NCBI GenBank assembly: GCA_934141245.1
Contig: CAKPCB010000003.1
Coordinates: 66,596 to 130,595 of the forward strand
Direction: 5' to 3'
Source of the DNA: an uncultured Bacilli bacterium
Lineage (GTDB): Bacteria; Bacillota_I; Bacilli_A; RF39; UBA660
Length of the DNA stretch: 64,000 bases
Shown here piece after piece: positions 51,039-60,917 of this stretch. Position 1 is the stretch's first letter. Every line of letters begins with the position of its first letter. The position numbers and the translations under genes are program-made. The notes beneath the pieces are model-generated. The model was given only the letters and a program-made list of their open reading frames with translations, was not told the origin of the DNA and ran no database searches.

Positions 51039-51566
51039 ATGGAGATTTTAATAAGAGGCGATAAATTAAAAGTTACTGAATCAATGAACGATTATGTTTT
51101 TGATAAACTAAAAAAATTAGAAAAGTATATTGATAGTAGCGAAAATGTTAGAGCAAGCGTTGTAATAAAGATTAAAAACCATGAGCAAAAAGTTGAAATA
51201 ACTATACCATTAAAAAAATTTATTTTAAGAGCAGAAGAAACACAAGAAGATTTTTATGCTGCAATTGATGTTATTGTTGATAAAATAGAAAGACAAATAA
51301 GAAAAAATAAAACAAGGTTACAATCAAGAAAGATTAAAGAATCAAAAGATTTTATTACTGATTATATTGATGACGAAAAATTTGAGGATGCTAATGTCGT
51401 TAAGAGAAAAAAAATTGAAGTAAAGCCTATGAGTGAAGAAGAAGCTATTATTCAAATGGATTTATTAGGACATAGTTTTTACTTGTTTAAGGACTCAAAA
51501 ACATTAAAGCCAACACTAGTATATAAACGTGATGATAATAATTATGGTGTTATAGAAACTGAATAA
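51039..51566 (+). CDS. hpf: Ribosome hibernation promoting factor (long HPF/YvyD)
   Basis: MEILIRGDKLKVTESMNDYVFDKLKKLEKY… plus a C-terminal dimerisation domain. Conserved yvyD-secA order. Confidence 0.85.
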   Translation: MEILIRGDKLKVTESMNDYVFDKLKKLEKYIDSSENVRASVVIKIKNHEQKVEITIPLKKFILRAEETQEDFYAAIDVIVDKIERQIRKNKTRLQSRKIKESKDFITDYIDDEKFEDANVVKRKKIEVKPMSEEEAIIQMDLLGHSFYLFKDSKTLKPTLVYKRDDNNYGVIETE

Positions 51567-51640
51567 TTTAATAAAAAGGGAATAATACTTTAAAATTCTC
51601 TTTTTTTTTGGTACAATTAATATTACAGGGAGATGATATA

Positions 51641-54133
51641 ATGAACTTATTAAAAAGATTATTTGATCATGAATATAAAGAATTAAAAAGATTTTCAGAA
51701 ATTGCTGATGAAATAGATGCGTTAGATGAGGAATATACAAAATTAACTGATTATGAATTACAAGCAAAGACTGACGAGTTTAGAAATAGACTTAAAAGTG
51801 GTGAAACATTGGATGATATTTTAGTTGAAGCCTTTGCAACTGCAAGGGAAGCTTGTTATAGAGTTATTGGTGAAAAACCATATTATGTGCAACTTCTTGG
51901 TGGACTTGCAATTCATTTTGGTAATATTGCAGAAATGAAAACCGGTGAAGGTAAAACATTAACATCTGTTATGCCAGCATATTTAAATGCTTTAACTGGT
52001 GATGGTGTTCATATTGTAACAGTAAATGAATATCTTGCTGATCGTGATGCAAAGTGGATGGGCAATATTCATAGATTTTTAGGACTTACTGTTGGAACAA
52101 ACTTGAGAAGTTTATCTCCAAAAGAAAAAAAAGAACAATATAATTGTGATATTTTATATACTACTAATAATGAATTAGGATTTGATTATCTAAGAGATAA
52201 TATGGTAGTAAAAAGTGAAAATAGAGTTCAAAGAGGACTTAATTTTGCTATTATAGATGAAGTTGACTCAGTTTTGATTGATGAAGCTAGAACTCCACTT
52301 ATAATTTCAGGTGGTGAGGTAAAGAGTAATAATTTATATATTGATGCAGATACTTTTGTAAAAAAATTAAAACCCGAAAAAGATTATTTATATGATGAAA
52401 AGACTAAATCAGTTACTCTTACAGAAGATGGTGTAAAAAACGCGGAAAAGAGTTTTAAGTTAGACAATTTGTATGATATATCTAATACTAATTTAGTACA
52501 TCATATAAATCAAGCATTGAAGGCTAACTATGCAATGAAGAACGATGTTGATTATGTTGTCCAAGATGGTGAAGTTGTAATTGTTGATCAATTTACAGGT
52601 CGTTTGATGAAAGGTCGTGCTTTTAGTGATGGTCTTCATCAAGCAATAGAAGCAAAAGAAGGAGTAACAATACAACAAGAAACAAAAACTTTAGCAACAA
52701 TTACTTTCCAAAATTTATTTAGAATGTATAAAAAACTTTCTGGTATGACTGGTACTGCAAAAACAGAAGAAGAAGAATTTAGAAACATTTATAATATGTT
52801 TGTTATACAGATACCTACTAATAAAGAGGTAATAAGGATTGATGAAGCCGATTTGGTTTATTCTACTCAAGCAGGAAAGTATAAAGCTTTAATTGATGAA
52901 ATAGAGAGAAGATATAATAAAGGACAACCTGTTCTTGTTGGTACAATAGCAATTGAAACCAATGAATTAATAAGCTCGATGCTTAAAAAAAGAAAAATAC
53001 CTCACGAAGTTTTAAATGCCAAAAATCATGCTCGTGAAGCTGAAATAATTGCAAAAGCTGGACAACCAAAATCTGTAACGATTGCAACAAATATGGCTGG
53101 TCGTGGTACAGATATTAAATTAACTGAAGAAGTTAAAGAAATGGGTGGTTTGTGTGTTTTAGGTACTGAAAGACATGAATCTAGACGTATTGATAATCAG
53201 TTAAGAGGACGTTCTGGACGACAAGGAGATCCTGGATTTACACAATTCTATGTATCTATGGAAGATGAGTTGATGGTTAGGTTTGGAACTGACAGAATTA
53301 AAAATATGCTTCAAAATTTAGGCTTTGCAGAAGACCAACCTATAAAAAGTAAAATGTTTACAAATGCCATAGCAACAGCACAAGCTCGTGTTGAGGGAAA
53401 TAACTTTGATATAAGAAAACAACTTCTACAATATGATGATGTTATGAATAATCAAAGAGAAATTATGTATGCTAAAAGAAATGAAATACTTGACAATGAA
53501 TCTATACATGATACAGTATTAAAATCTATAAAAGACCATATAACTGATTTTGTAGAATCTCATATTTTTCCAGAGGGTCATTTAACTGATAAAGATATAG
53601 AAGAAATTGTAGATTATGCAAACGAAAATTTGTTTAAGCAAACTTTAAATATTAAAGATGTTAAGACAAAAGATTCTAAAGAGTTAATAGAAATAATATA
53701 TAATATTGTTGTAGAAGAATATGAAGAAAAAATTAAAGATTTGCCATCTGAAGTTACAGATGAATTTGAAAAAGTAATAGTTTTAAGCATCATTGATCGT
53801 TATTGGACGGAACACATTAATACGATGTCTCATTTAAGAGAAGGTATTGGTTTAAGAGGATATGCACAAGATGATCCACTAAGAGCTTATACAATGGAAG
53901 GCTTTGATTTGTTTGATAAGATGATGCAAGGAATCGATAAAGATATAACTATACTTTTAATAAAATCTGAGATCAAGCAGAACATTGAGAGAAAAGAAGT
54001 TTCAAAAAAGCAAATAACCAACGATGGAAAGGATCATGTAAAACAAGCTCCTAAGAAAGTTCAAAAAATTGGAAGAAATGATCCGTGTCCTTGTGGCTCA
54101 GGCAAAAAGTATAAACAATGTTGTGGTAAATAA
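51641..54133 (+). CDS. secA: Preprotein translocase ATPase SecA
   Basis: 841 aa with DEAD-motor motifs (MKTGEGKTL, DEVDSVLIDEARTPLIISG) and a C-terminal Zn finger CPCGSGKKYKQCCGK. Confidence 0.95.
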   Translation: MNLLKRLFDHEYKELKRFSEIADEIDALDEEYTKLTDYELQAKTDEFRNRLKSGETLDDILVEAFATAREACYRVIGEKPYYVQLLGGLAIHFGNIAEMKTGEGKTLTSVMPAYLNALTGDGVHIVTVNEYLADRDAKWMGNIHRFLGLTVGTNLRSLSPKEKKEQYNCDILYTTNNELGFDYLRDNMVVKSENRVQRGLNFAIIDEVDSVLIDEARTPLIISGGEVKSNNLYIDADTFVKKLKPEKDYLYDEKTKSVTLTEDGVKNAEKSFKLDNLYDISNTNLVHHINQALKANYAMKNDVDYVVQDGEVVIVDQFTGRLMKGRAFSDGLHQAIEAKEGVTIQQETKTLATITFQNLFRMYKKLSGMTGTAKTEEEEFRNIYNMFVIQIPTNKEVIRIDEADLVYSTQAGKYKALIDEIERRYNKGQPVLVGTIAIETNELISSMLKKRKIPHEVLNAKNHAREAEIIAKAGQPKSVTIATNMAGRGTDIKLTEEVKEMGGLCVLGTERHESRRIDNQLRGRSGRQGDPGFTQFYVSMEDELMVRFGTDRIKNMLQNLGFAEDQPIKSKMFTNAIATAQARVEGNNFDIRKQLLQYDDVMNNQREIMYAKRNEILDNESIHDTVLKSIKDHITDFVESHIFPEGHLTDKDIEEIVDYANENLFKQTLNIKDVKTKDSKELIEIIYNIVVEEYEEKIKDLPSEVTDEFEKVIVLSIIDRYWTEHINTMSHLREGIGLRGYAQDDPLRAYTMEGFDLFDKMMQGIDKDITILLIKSEIKQNIERKEVSKKQITNDGKDHVKQAPKKVQKIGRNDPCPCGSGKKYKQCCGK

Positions 54134-54366
54134 GTTGATTTATAAGGGTTGTGCAGTAATACAGCAGTAAAAAAAGTCAAAAAGATAGACAAAAAACAGC
54201 TCAAAACGCACACTTGTGTGCAATTTGTGTGCGTAAAATAAAAAATTAATGCACACAATTGATTTAAACCTTATAAAACAAGGGATTTTTCAATGAACAC
54301 AAATTCACAATAATCAGCATTCGTGCTGATTTTTTCGTTCTCTAAAGAAATTTAGAGGAGGAAGTT

Positions 54367-54627
54367 ATGGGAAAAGTGAATGTAACAAAAGGAGGGAATT
54401 TATATCAATATAGATTTGAAATAGCTCCACAAAGGGGAGCTAGAAAATTTATTAATAAATCAGGTTTCAAGACAAAACAGGATGCTTATGTTGCTGGGAT
54501 GAAAGCATTTAATGAATATATGAATACAGGTAAAAAATTTTTTCTTAATACATGTCATAAATTGGTAATACTTAAAAATATTTTAAAATTAGCTCTCATC
54601 CACTTTCTTTATAAACAAAAAAAATAG
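54367..54627 (+). pseudogene. int: Integrase fragment: N-terminal arm-binding (AP2-like) domain only
   Basis: …GNLYQYRFEIAPQRGARKFINKSGFKTKQDAYVAGMKAFNEY… matches Tn916/phage integrase N-terminal domains. The ORF ends after 86 aa with unrelated sequence, and no catalytic domain follows. Confidence 0.5.
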
Positions 54628-54652
54628 ACACGAAATTATGTCTATTTATTTC
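54623..54652 (+). terminator. Hairpin after the integrase fragment
   Basis: AATAGACA-cgaaatta-TGTCTATT followed by a T-rich tract. Confidence 0.4.
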
Positions 54653-54804
54653 TCTCTACAATTTCTCTATAATATCATGTTAGGACATTTTTTTAGGACA
54701 GTCAACGGACAAAGTGAAATTTTTTAAATAACTGCTGTGCTGTAAAACTAAATTCCACCCTAATTTAAATAGAAGTGGAATTTAGTTTTGTAACTGAGCT
54801 TTTT

Positions 54805-55467
54805 TTACACTTTATTATTATTTAATTTTTTTAATGTAAGAAATATCAAACAAATCAAATTAAAGCAAACTATTACAATAGCTATCTTTATAAAATTATA
54901 TTTTAATTGTTCTTTTATTGATGAGTGAGTTTTTTCATTTATTTTTAAATAATAGTTTTCAAATTCATCATCACTAGTGTACATATTAGATATTTCATAA
55001 GGTAATTCTGTTCTAAAATTTAATCTAACCTTATTTTCAGATTCAAAAAATAAAATACACACTGTTTTCTCATTACTATATATAATTATCCTTCGATTTT
55101 CTAATATTAGATTAGATTGAATTTCTACTCCATTTTCCTTTAAAAATTGAACTAAATTTTCTATAGTATCATATTTAGCAAATACTGATACTTCTCCAAT
55201 AACTCGCTTACGAAAATCATTTTTATTTATTTGAATAATTGCATCATCATAAAAAGATAAATAATTATTATTTACAATTAAAGAATCCAAAAAGAAAGAA
55301 TCCAACTCAGATACTTTTATTTTATCATTATATTGATAAATTCCAATTTCTCCATTTTTGTAGTTATATTCTTTTTTTAACAAAAATATCCAACAAAAAT
55401 ATAATGTAAGAAAAATAATTATACTCAATATGATAACAACAATATATTTCTTTGAAAAGTTTAACAT
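54805..55467 (-). CDS. Hypothetical membrane protein (N- and C-terminal TM), cargo of the element remnant
   Basis: 220 aa with hydrophobic segments at both ends. No motif. Confidence 0.4.
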   Translation of the reverse strand: MLNFSKKYIVVIILSIIIFLTLYFCWIFLLKKEYNYKNGEIGIYQYNDKIKVSELDSFFLDSLIVNNNYLSFYDDAIIQINKNDFRKRVIGEVSVFAKYDTIENLVQFLKENGVEIQSNLILENRRIIIYSNEKTVCILFFESENKVRLNFRTELPYEISNMYTSDDEFENYYLKINEKTHSSIKEQLKYNFIKIAIVIVCFNLICLIFLTLKKLNNNKV

Positions 55468-55717
55468 AAAAGCTCACCACTAATATTATACTATAAAAAA
55501 TAGTCAGCAGTATATATTATTTATATACTCAAATTAATTAATCTTGGGAACGAATGGATACATTGTGTGCATTTTGTGTTCATTGAGAAGAAAACACATA
55601 GTAAAAATAGTACAAATAATACTATTTATATATAACCTTACCAGAACCATTCATCCCTTTGAAAACATATAATACAGATAGTTTTACATAGTACAAATAG
55701 TACTAGAAAAGGATGAA

Positions 55718-55761
55718 CTTGTGGAAGTGGTAAGAAATATAAGCAATGTTGTGGAAAATAG
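55718..55761 (+). repeat. Orphan duplicate of the secA 3' end, in frame coding …CGSGKKYKQCCGK* (attR-side copy)
   Basis: CTTGTGGAAGTGGTAAGAAATATAAGCAATGTTGTGGAAAATAG versus the secA terminus CTTGTGGCTCAGGCAAAAAGTATAAACAATGTTGTGGTAAATAA. Differences are mostly synonymous. A terminator hairpin follows. Confidence 0.6.
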
Positions 55762-55763
55762 CT

Positions 55764-55799
55764 CGCAAACCCTCATAAATAAAGGGATTGCGGGTTTTT
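55764..55799 (+). terminator. Probable ancestral secA terminator
   Basis: CGCAAACCCT-cataaataa-AGGGATTGCG + GGTTTTT, directly after the orphan secA tail. Confidence 0.5.
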
Positions 55800-56137
55800 C
55801 TATGATTACAATATTTAGATACTTTGAACTGTTGGCATAGTGATGGTCTAAACATAAAATGAGATAAGCTATATACTTTAAAATTTTAATGAAAAAGTGG
55901 TTAAATCATACTATAACTTCTGAATAACATACTATCAATTATATAACACTTCAAGGATTATTTAGTTATTATTACACTTATTATTATGAATTATCACATT
56001 AGATTATCATTTGTGGGTTTCTATGCTTTAGTACACTTTTAAAGCCTAAAAATACTTGCCATTAAAAACATTGTTTATATTGGCAAATGAGTTGCAATGA
56101 TAATTCATTGATTTTATAATCTACGTTAGAGGGAGGA

Positions 56138-57121
56138 ATGGAAATGTTAAAGTACATTAAAATGTTATTGCTAGTAGTAATGATTGGAGTGTTTTCATTT
56201 GCTATAAATGTATTTGCTGAGTCAAAAAATGAAGTAACACTAAATTTTAAAGGTGGAACAATTCATGATGGTTATGTGGAATATAACAAGAAAGCAAAGG
56301 TACAATTGTTTAAGGGTGATAATTTAGTTATTGATATTTCAAATAATATGGTAATTGATTTAAATGAAGCAGAGTACAAGTTTGTAATTGAAGAAATTGA
56401 AGATTCAAGTATTACTGGTGCTAATGCATCTATAAAATTAAAAATCAATAAATGGTATTATCCCATTACAACAATAAATGAAACTAAATCTACATTCAAA
56501 TTAGATTCAAGCAAATTTAATGGTAAATTAGATGTTGAATTTGAAAGAAAAAACAATGCTTTTAACTTTACAATAAAAAATATTTATAATGATATATCCT
56601 CAAAAGGTGTAATTGATTTGACTAATGGTCAAGAATATGTAATGGATTTTTCTAAAACTGATGAGTTAACAGAAGGATTAAAATCATTTGCAGATTTAGA
56701 TAAAACACTATATTATAAAAGAAGTGATGATAGTTTGTTAGTAACAGACAATGAAAGTGAAGCTGTTATAAAGATAGTAGGAAATAAATCCAAAAATAAA
56801 GCAATATTAACTGCGGTAAATGTTGGAACTAAAAAAAGCGAAAATTTTAAAGGATTTCATATGCAATATACAGGTTCTGCATTGGATTTTGATGACCCTG
56901 ATGGTGGAATTATACTTGAAACAAGATTTGATTATTATACTAGATGTAAATATGAATTTAATTTTCAATATGTAAAAGAAGTGAATAACGAAAATTTAGA
57001 TAATATTACTAACCCACAAACAGGTGACAATATTGTATTATATTTAGCAACAAGTATTTTATCAATTATTGGATTTGCTGGAACTTCGATAATTGTTTAT
57101 AGAAAAAAACAGGTCAATTAA
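56138..57121 (+). CDS. Sortase-anchored surface protein (NPQTG sorting signal)
   Basis: Signal peptide, then a C-terminal NPQTGDN + hydrophobic segment + RKKQVN. That is a cell-wall sorting signal. GGGAGG RBS. Confidence 0.65.
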   Translation: MEMLKYIKMLLLVVMIGVFSFAINVFAESKNEVTLNFKGGTIHDGYVEYNKKAKVQLFKGDNLVIDISNNMVIDLNEAEYKFVIEEIEDSSITGANASIKLKINKWYYPITTINETKSTFKLDSSKFNGKLDVEFERKNNAFNFTIKNIYNDISSKGVIDLTNGQEYVMDFSKTDELTEGLKSFADLDKTLYYKRSDDSLLVTDNESEAVIKIVGNKSKNKAILTAVNVGTKKSENFKGFHMQYTGSALDFDDPDGGIILETRFDYYTRCKYEFNFQYVKEVNNENLDNITNPQTGDNIVLYLATSILSIIGFAGTSIIVYRKKQVN

Positions 57122-57256
57122 AATATTAAGTAAATATTTGCTTAAGTAAGGAAGTCTTGAAGAAAATGTCTAAAAGCTTTACATAGGTTCATATGATATA
57201 ATAGTAACAAAGGACGGACGTGGATGATATCCATAGCAGAGAATTATATATTACAT

Positions 57257-57297
57257 AAAAAGGAAACTGATATTTATTTGTATTAGTTTCCTTTTTG
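57257..57297. terminator. Bidirectional terminator between the surface-protein gene (+) and the sigma-factor gene (-)
   Basis: AAAAAGGAAACT-(16 nt)-AGTTTCCTTTTT. Confidence 0.5.
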
Positions 57298-57329
57298 CCT
57301 TCTTATCAAGATAAAATCAGGTCCAAATA

Positions 57330-58166
57330 TTATTGTTTTATTTTTATTTTTGTAGGTCCTTTTATCTCTTGCTCTTTGTCTACAATTTCATATTCAAAAG
57401 TCATATCATCGTTATTTGCTGATAAAAAAGAATCTACTTGTGTATAACATATATATTGATTATTATTGCTTCTTATTGGTGTGTTTTTTTGGGATCTTAG
57501 TTCTATAATACCATTTTTCTTCAATTCCTGGCCTATTCTTTTTACAATTTTTGCAATTAATCTTGAAACATATGATCTAGAAATAGACATCATATTAGCT
57601 ATTTCTTCTTGTGTATGAACTTCATTATTATAAAATCCAAAACGGAGTATAATTATTTCTTTATCTCGATTTGGCAATTTTTTTATAATTTCTTGTATAC
57701 TCTTATAAGTAATTTTTTTTTCATAATCTTCGATTATATTGCTTGTATCACTAATTATATCTTCAATTTTTAATTCTCTACCTTCTTTATCATGTTTAAT
57801 TTGCTTATTTAGACTATCAACATTTTGATCTTTTTTAATTTTTCTTAAAAACATTAATATTTCATTATCAATGCATCTTGCAGTATAAGCAGAAAATTCA
57901 ACTTTTCTTGATTTATCAAAGGTTGTTATTGCTTTAATTAAACCAATATTACCGATTGAAACTAAATCTTTTTTATCATATTCAACATACTTAAATCTGG
58001 TAGTTACTTCATATAAAACTAATCTAATATTATGCTCTGCTATTATTTTTTTAGCTTCTTCATCACCTTGTTTCACTTTGTCTAAAAGTTCATATGTTTG
58101 AGATTTAGATAAAGGCTTTGGTAACTGGTTAGCATCTATGAATAGTTCATCAGTATTCATAATCAT
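57330..58166 (-). CDS. Sporulation-type sigma-70 family sigma factor (SigE/SigK-like) with a C-terminal extension
   Basis: Region 2 (…LPKPLSKSQ…AEHNIRLV…SIGNIGLIKAITTF…YTARCIDNEILMFLRK) and region 4 (ISRSYVSRL). HDKEG block. About 45 residues extend beyond region 4.2. No hydrophobic pro-sequence is evident. Confidence 0.7.
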   Translation of the reverse strand: MIMNTDELFIDANQLPKPLSKSQTYELLDKVKQGDEEAKKIIAEHNIRLVLYEVTTRFKYVEYDKKDLVSIGNIGLIKAITTFDKSRKVEFSAYTARCIDNEILMFLRKIKKDQNVDSLNKQIKHDKEGRELKIEDIISDTSNIIEDYEKKITYKSIQEIIKKLPNRDKEIIILRFGFYNNEVHTQEEIANMMSISRSYVSRLIAKIVKRIGQELKKNGIIELRSQKNTPIRSNNNQYICYTQVDSFLSANNDDMTFEYEIVDKEQEIKGPTKIKIKQ

Positions 58167-58447
58167 CCTCGATTTCTTAAAACGTGATACTTTAAAACTT
58201 CTTTATCATCGTATATAATATCATATTTTTATTATCTGTCAATAAATGCTTAGCATATTATTTGCTTCTTAAAACTATAATGTAGTTTATGCGAAAATAT
58301 TGTAATACTTGTAATATGATATGCACTATGTGTATTAAATAGTCTTATATATTGCAATAATTAGGAAATATATAGTTATTTTGATTTTATTGTTTTGATA
58401 TAATGTGATATAATTACAGTAAATAGAATGAATAATAGGAGAAAAAT

Positions 58448-60670
58448 ATGGAAGCCAATAAATATTATAAATATATTGATTTTATGAGACTATTATCATG
58501 TATTTCAGTATTACTATATCATTTAGGATTATTAAATGGTGGATATCTTGCCGTTTGTATCTTTTTTGTTCTGAGTGGATACCTATCATGCGTTTCTGCA
58601 TTTAAGAAAGAAAAGTTTTCTATTTTTTCTTATTATTATAATAAATTGTTAAGGATATATGTTCCTGTTGTTATTTTTGCATTTATTACGGTAGCAATTA
58701 TTTCACTTTTTCCAAGTATTAATTGGTTTAATTTAAAACCGGAAGTAAGATCTGTCATATTTGGATACAATAACTTTTGGCAATTAAATACCAATCTTGA
58801 TTATTTTGCTAGGCACTCAACTTCACCATTTATTCATTTATGGTATATTTCAATTTTGTTACAGTTTGAATTAGTATTTCCATTTTTATATATAATTTTA
58901 CATAAATTAGGAAATAAATTTAATAAATTAGTACCATGTATCATTTCTACAACTATCTCAATTGCTGCATGCTTATATTTTTTTGTATCATGTACGAAGA
59001 CAAACATAATGACAATTTATTATGGAACATTCTTTAGAAGTTTCTCATTTCTATTTGGTATTTCATTTGGCTTTATTAACTCATATTATGGAAGTGTAAT
59101 ATCCAAAAAAATAAATAATAAAATAATCAATAAATTACTATTAATAGTTTGTATAGCACTTTCACTATATTTACTTGTTTTTATCAAATTTGATTCAAGG
59201 TATTTTTCTTTAGCAATGATTATTATTACAATAATTACTTGTGTATTGATTGATTATAGCATCAGTAATTGTAATGATAAGTTATCATTTTTTGATAAAA
59301 CTGTAAAACAATTATCTTCTATAAGTTATGAAATTTACTTGTTTCAATATCCTATAATATTCTTATTTCAATATATAAATATTAATTATACAATGAAAAT
59401 TGTACTAATACTCATTTTAACAATTGTCGTATCATATATATTTAATTTTTGTCTTAACAACAAAAACAAAAAAATTAAAAGTATTCAGTATTTATGCTTA
59501 ACAATTATACTACTAGTGGCATCATTTGGTGTATATAAGTATATTATTTCAAAAGACCATACTAAAGAAATGCAGCTTTTGGAAAAGCAACTTGCAGAAA
59601 ATGAAAAAATGATTGATAAAAACAATGAAAAGTATTTAGAGTTAATTAAACAAGAAGAAATGGATTGGAATAAAGTTCTAGATGAATATGAAAAGGGAGA
59701 AGCTAAGTTAGGGGAAATTGTTAATAAATTACCCATAGTTGGAATTGGCGATTCTGTTATGTTAGGTGCTGTACAAACTTTGCACTCACGTTTTCCAAAT
59801 GGATATTTTGACGCTAAAGTTTCTAGAACGGATTGGGAAGCCAATCCAATACTAAAAGATTTGATAAATAAAAGTATATTAGGAGATCCTATTATAATTG
59901 GACTAGGTACTAATGGTGGATGTACAAATTCATGCAAAACAGAAATAATGAAAACATGTGGCAAACGTAAAGTTTTTTGGATAAATACTACTAATTATGA
60001 TTATATAAATAATGATTTAAATGTACTTTCAAAAAAATATGAAAATTTACATGTAATAGATTGGAAAAGTGCATCTTCAGGACATAAAGAGTACTTTGTT
60101 TCTGATGGTATACATTTGACTTCTTCTGGTAGAAGGGCATACACAGATACTATTTATAATTCAATATATCAGGTTTACTTAAGTGAATATAATAAAAAAA
60201 AGCAAGAAGCTTTACAAGAACATGAGAATAGACTAAAAAATAAGATAACTTTTTATGGGAATCAAGTATTACTTAATGCATTTAACTATATACAAGAGGA
60301 ATTTCAAGATTCAAAATTTATTGTGGATAAAAAGCTTGATTATAAAAGAATAAAATTAGAAATTACTAAGTCTATTGATAATAAATCATTAACTAATAAA
60401 ATTATTTTCGTTGTTGATTCGACAATTGGTATTACATTGAATGAATATAAGGAACTATTTGGTCTTTGTGATGTTTGTGAATTATACATATTATCAACGG
60501 ATAAGAGTATTAGTGAAGAACTAGAAAAATTAGGTATAAAGAATATAAAAGTATTGAAATTCTACGAGGAAATATGGAAAAATAAAAATTATCTTTCTAG
60601 TGATGGAATTCGTCTTTCTAAAGAAGGCAATAAAGCATTATCTACTTTTATAAAAGAAAAAATTCAATAA
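58448..60670 (+). CDS. OatA-like acyltransferase-3/SGNH O-acetyltransferase with an extra C-terminal SGNH-like module
   Basis: N-terminal 10-11 TM acyltransferase_3 domain. SGNH blocks (GDSVMLG, GTNG, DGIHLT). An additional ~170 aa with a degenerate second set (FVVDSTIG…SDGIRLS). Confidence 0.75.
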   Translation: MEANKYYKYIDFMRLLSCISVLLYHLGLLNGGYLAVCIFFVLSGYLSCVSAFKKEKFSIFSYYYNKLLRIYVPVVIFAFITVAIISLFPSINWFNLKPEVRSVIFGYNNFWQLNTNLDYFARHSTSPFIHLWYISILLQFELVFPFLYIILHKLGNKFNKLVPCIISTTISIAACLYFFVSCTKTNIMTIYYGTFFRSFSFLFGISFGFINSYYGSVISKKINNKIINKLLLIVCIALSLYLLVFIKFDSRYFSLAMIIITIITCVLIDYSISNCNDKLSFFDKTVKQLSSISYEIYLFQYPIIFLFQYININYTMKIVLILILTIVVSYIFNFCLNNKNKKIKSIQYLCLTIILLVASFGVYKYIISKDHTKEMQLLEKQLAENEKMIDKNNEKYLELIKQEEMDWNKVLDEYEKGEAKLGEIVNKLPIVGIGDSVMLGAVQTLHSRFPNGYFDAKVSRTDWEANPILKDLINKSILGDPIIIGLGTNGGCTNSCKTEIMKTCGKRKVFWINTTNYDYINNDLNVLSKKYENLHVIDWKSASSGHKEYFVSDGIHLTSSGRRAYTDTIYNSIYQVYLSEYNKKKQEALQEHENRLKNKITFYGNQVLLNAFNYIQEEFQDSKFIVDKKLDYKRIKLEITKSIDNKSLTNKIIFVVDSTIGITLNEYKELFGLCDVCELYILSTDKSISEELEKLGIKNIKVLKFYEEIWKNKNYLSSDGIRLSKEGNKALSTFIKEKIQ

Positions 60671-60675
60671 ATTAA

Positions 60676-60708
60676 ATGAAAATGCCTACAAAAGATTTGT
60701 AAGCATTT
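60676..60708 (+). terminator. Terminator after the oatA-like gene
   Basis: AATGCCTACAAA-agat-TTGTAAGCATT followed by a T-rich tract. Confidence 0.45.
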
Positions 60709-60845
60709 TTATATATTATACATTTTAATTATTATATTTATATAGTCTAATCAAACTTGATATTTGATAAACTTTCATCACCGACAATTACAAATCCTTT
60801 TGACTATATTAATTAACTATTTATTTAAATTGTGTTATAATACTT

Positions 60846-60875
60846 TTGACAGTTAATTAAAAAAATGTCTATAAT
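60846..60875 (+). promoter_or_regulatory. Consensus-like sigma-A promoter for cysS (TTGACA -18 nt- TATAAT)
   Basis: Read directly. No T-box leader is present here. Confidence 0.4.
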
Positions 60876-60917
60876 GAATTTATAATAAATAAAATATTAA
60901 TAAGAGGATGGTGTCTA

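Larger units (their letters stand above)
54090..55761. mobile_element. Decayed integrative-element remnant (~1.7 kb) inserted at the 3' end of secA
   Basis: It is bounded by two ~77% identical 44-nt copies of the secA 3' tail (54090-54133 and 55718-55761). It contains a truncated integrase N-terminal-domain ORF. TTGTGTGCA(A/T)TTTGTGT arm-like repeats occur near both ends (54214-54261 and 55561-55585). Confidence 0.5.

Noticed and set aside
60671-60917. Possible T-box leader upstream of cysS, as in B. subtilis
   Set aside because: No GGTGGNACCGCG T-box sequence and no antiterminator structure. Only a consensus promoter and an RBS are present.
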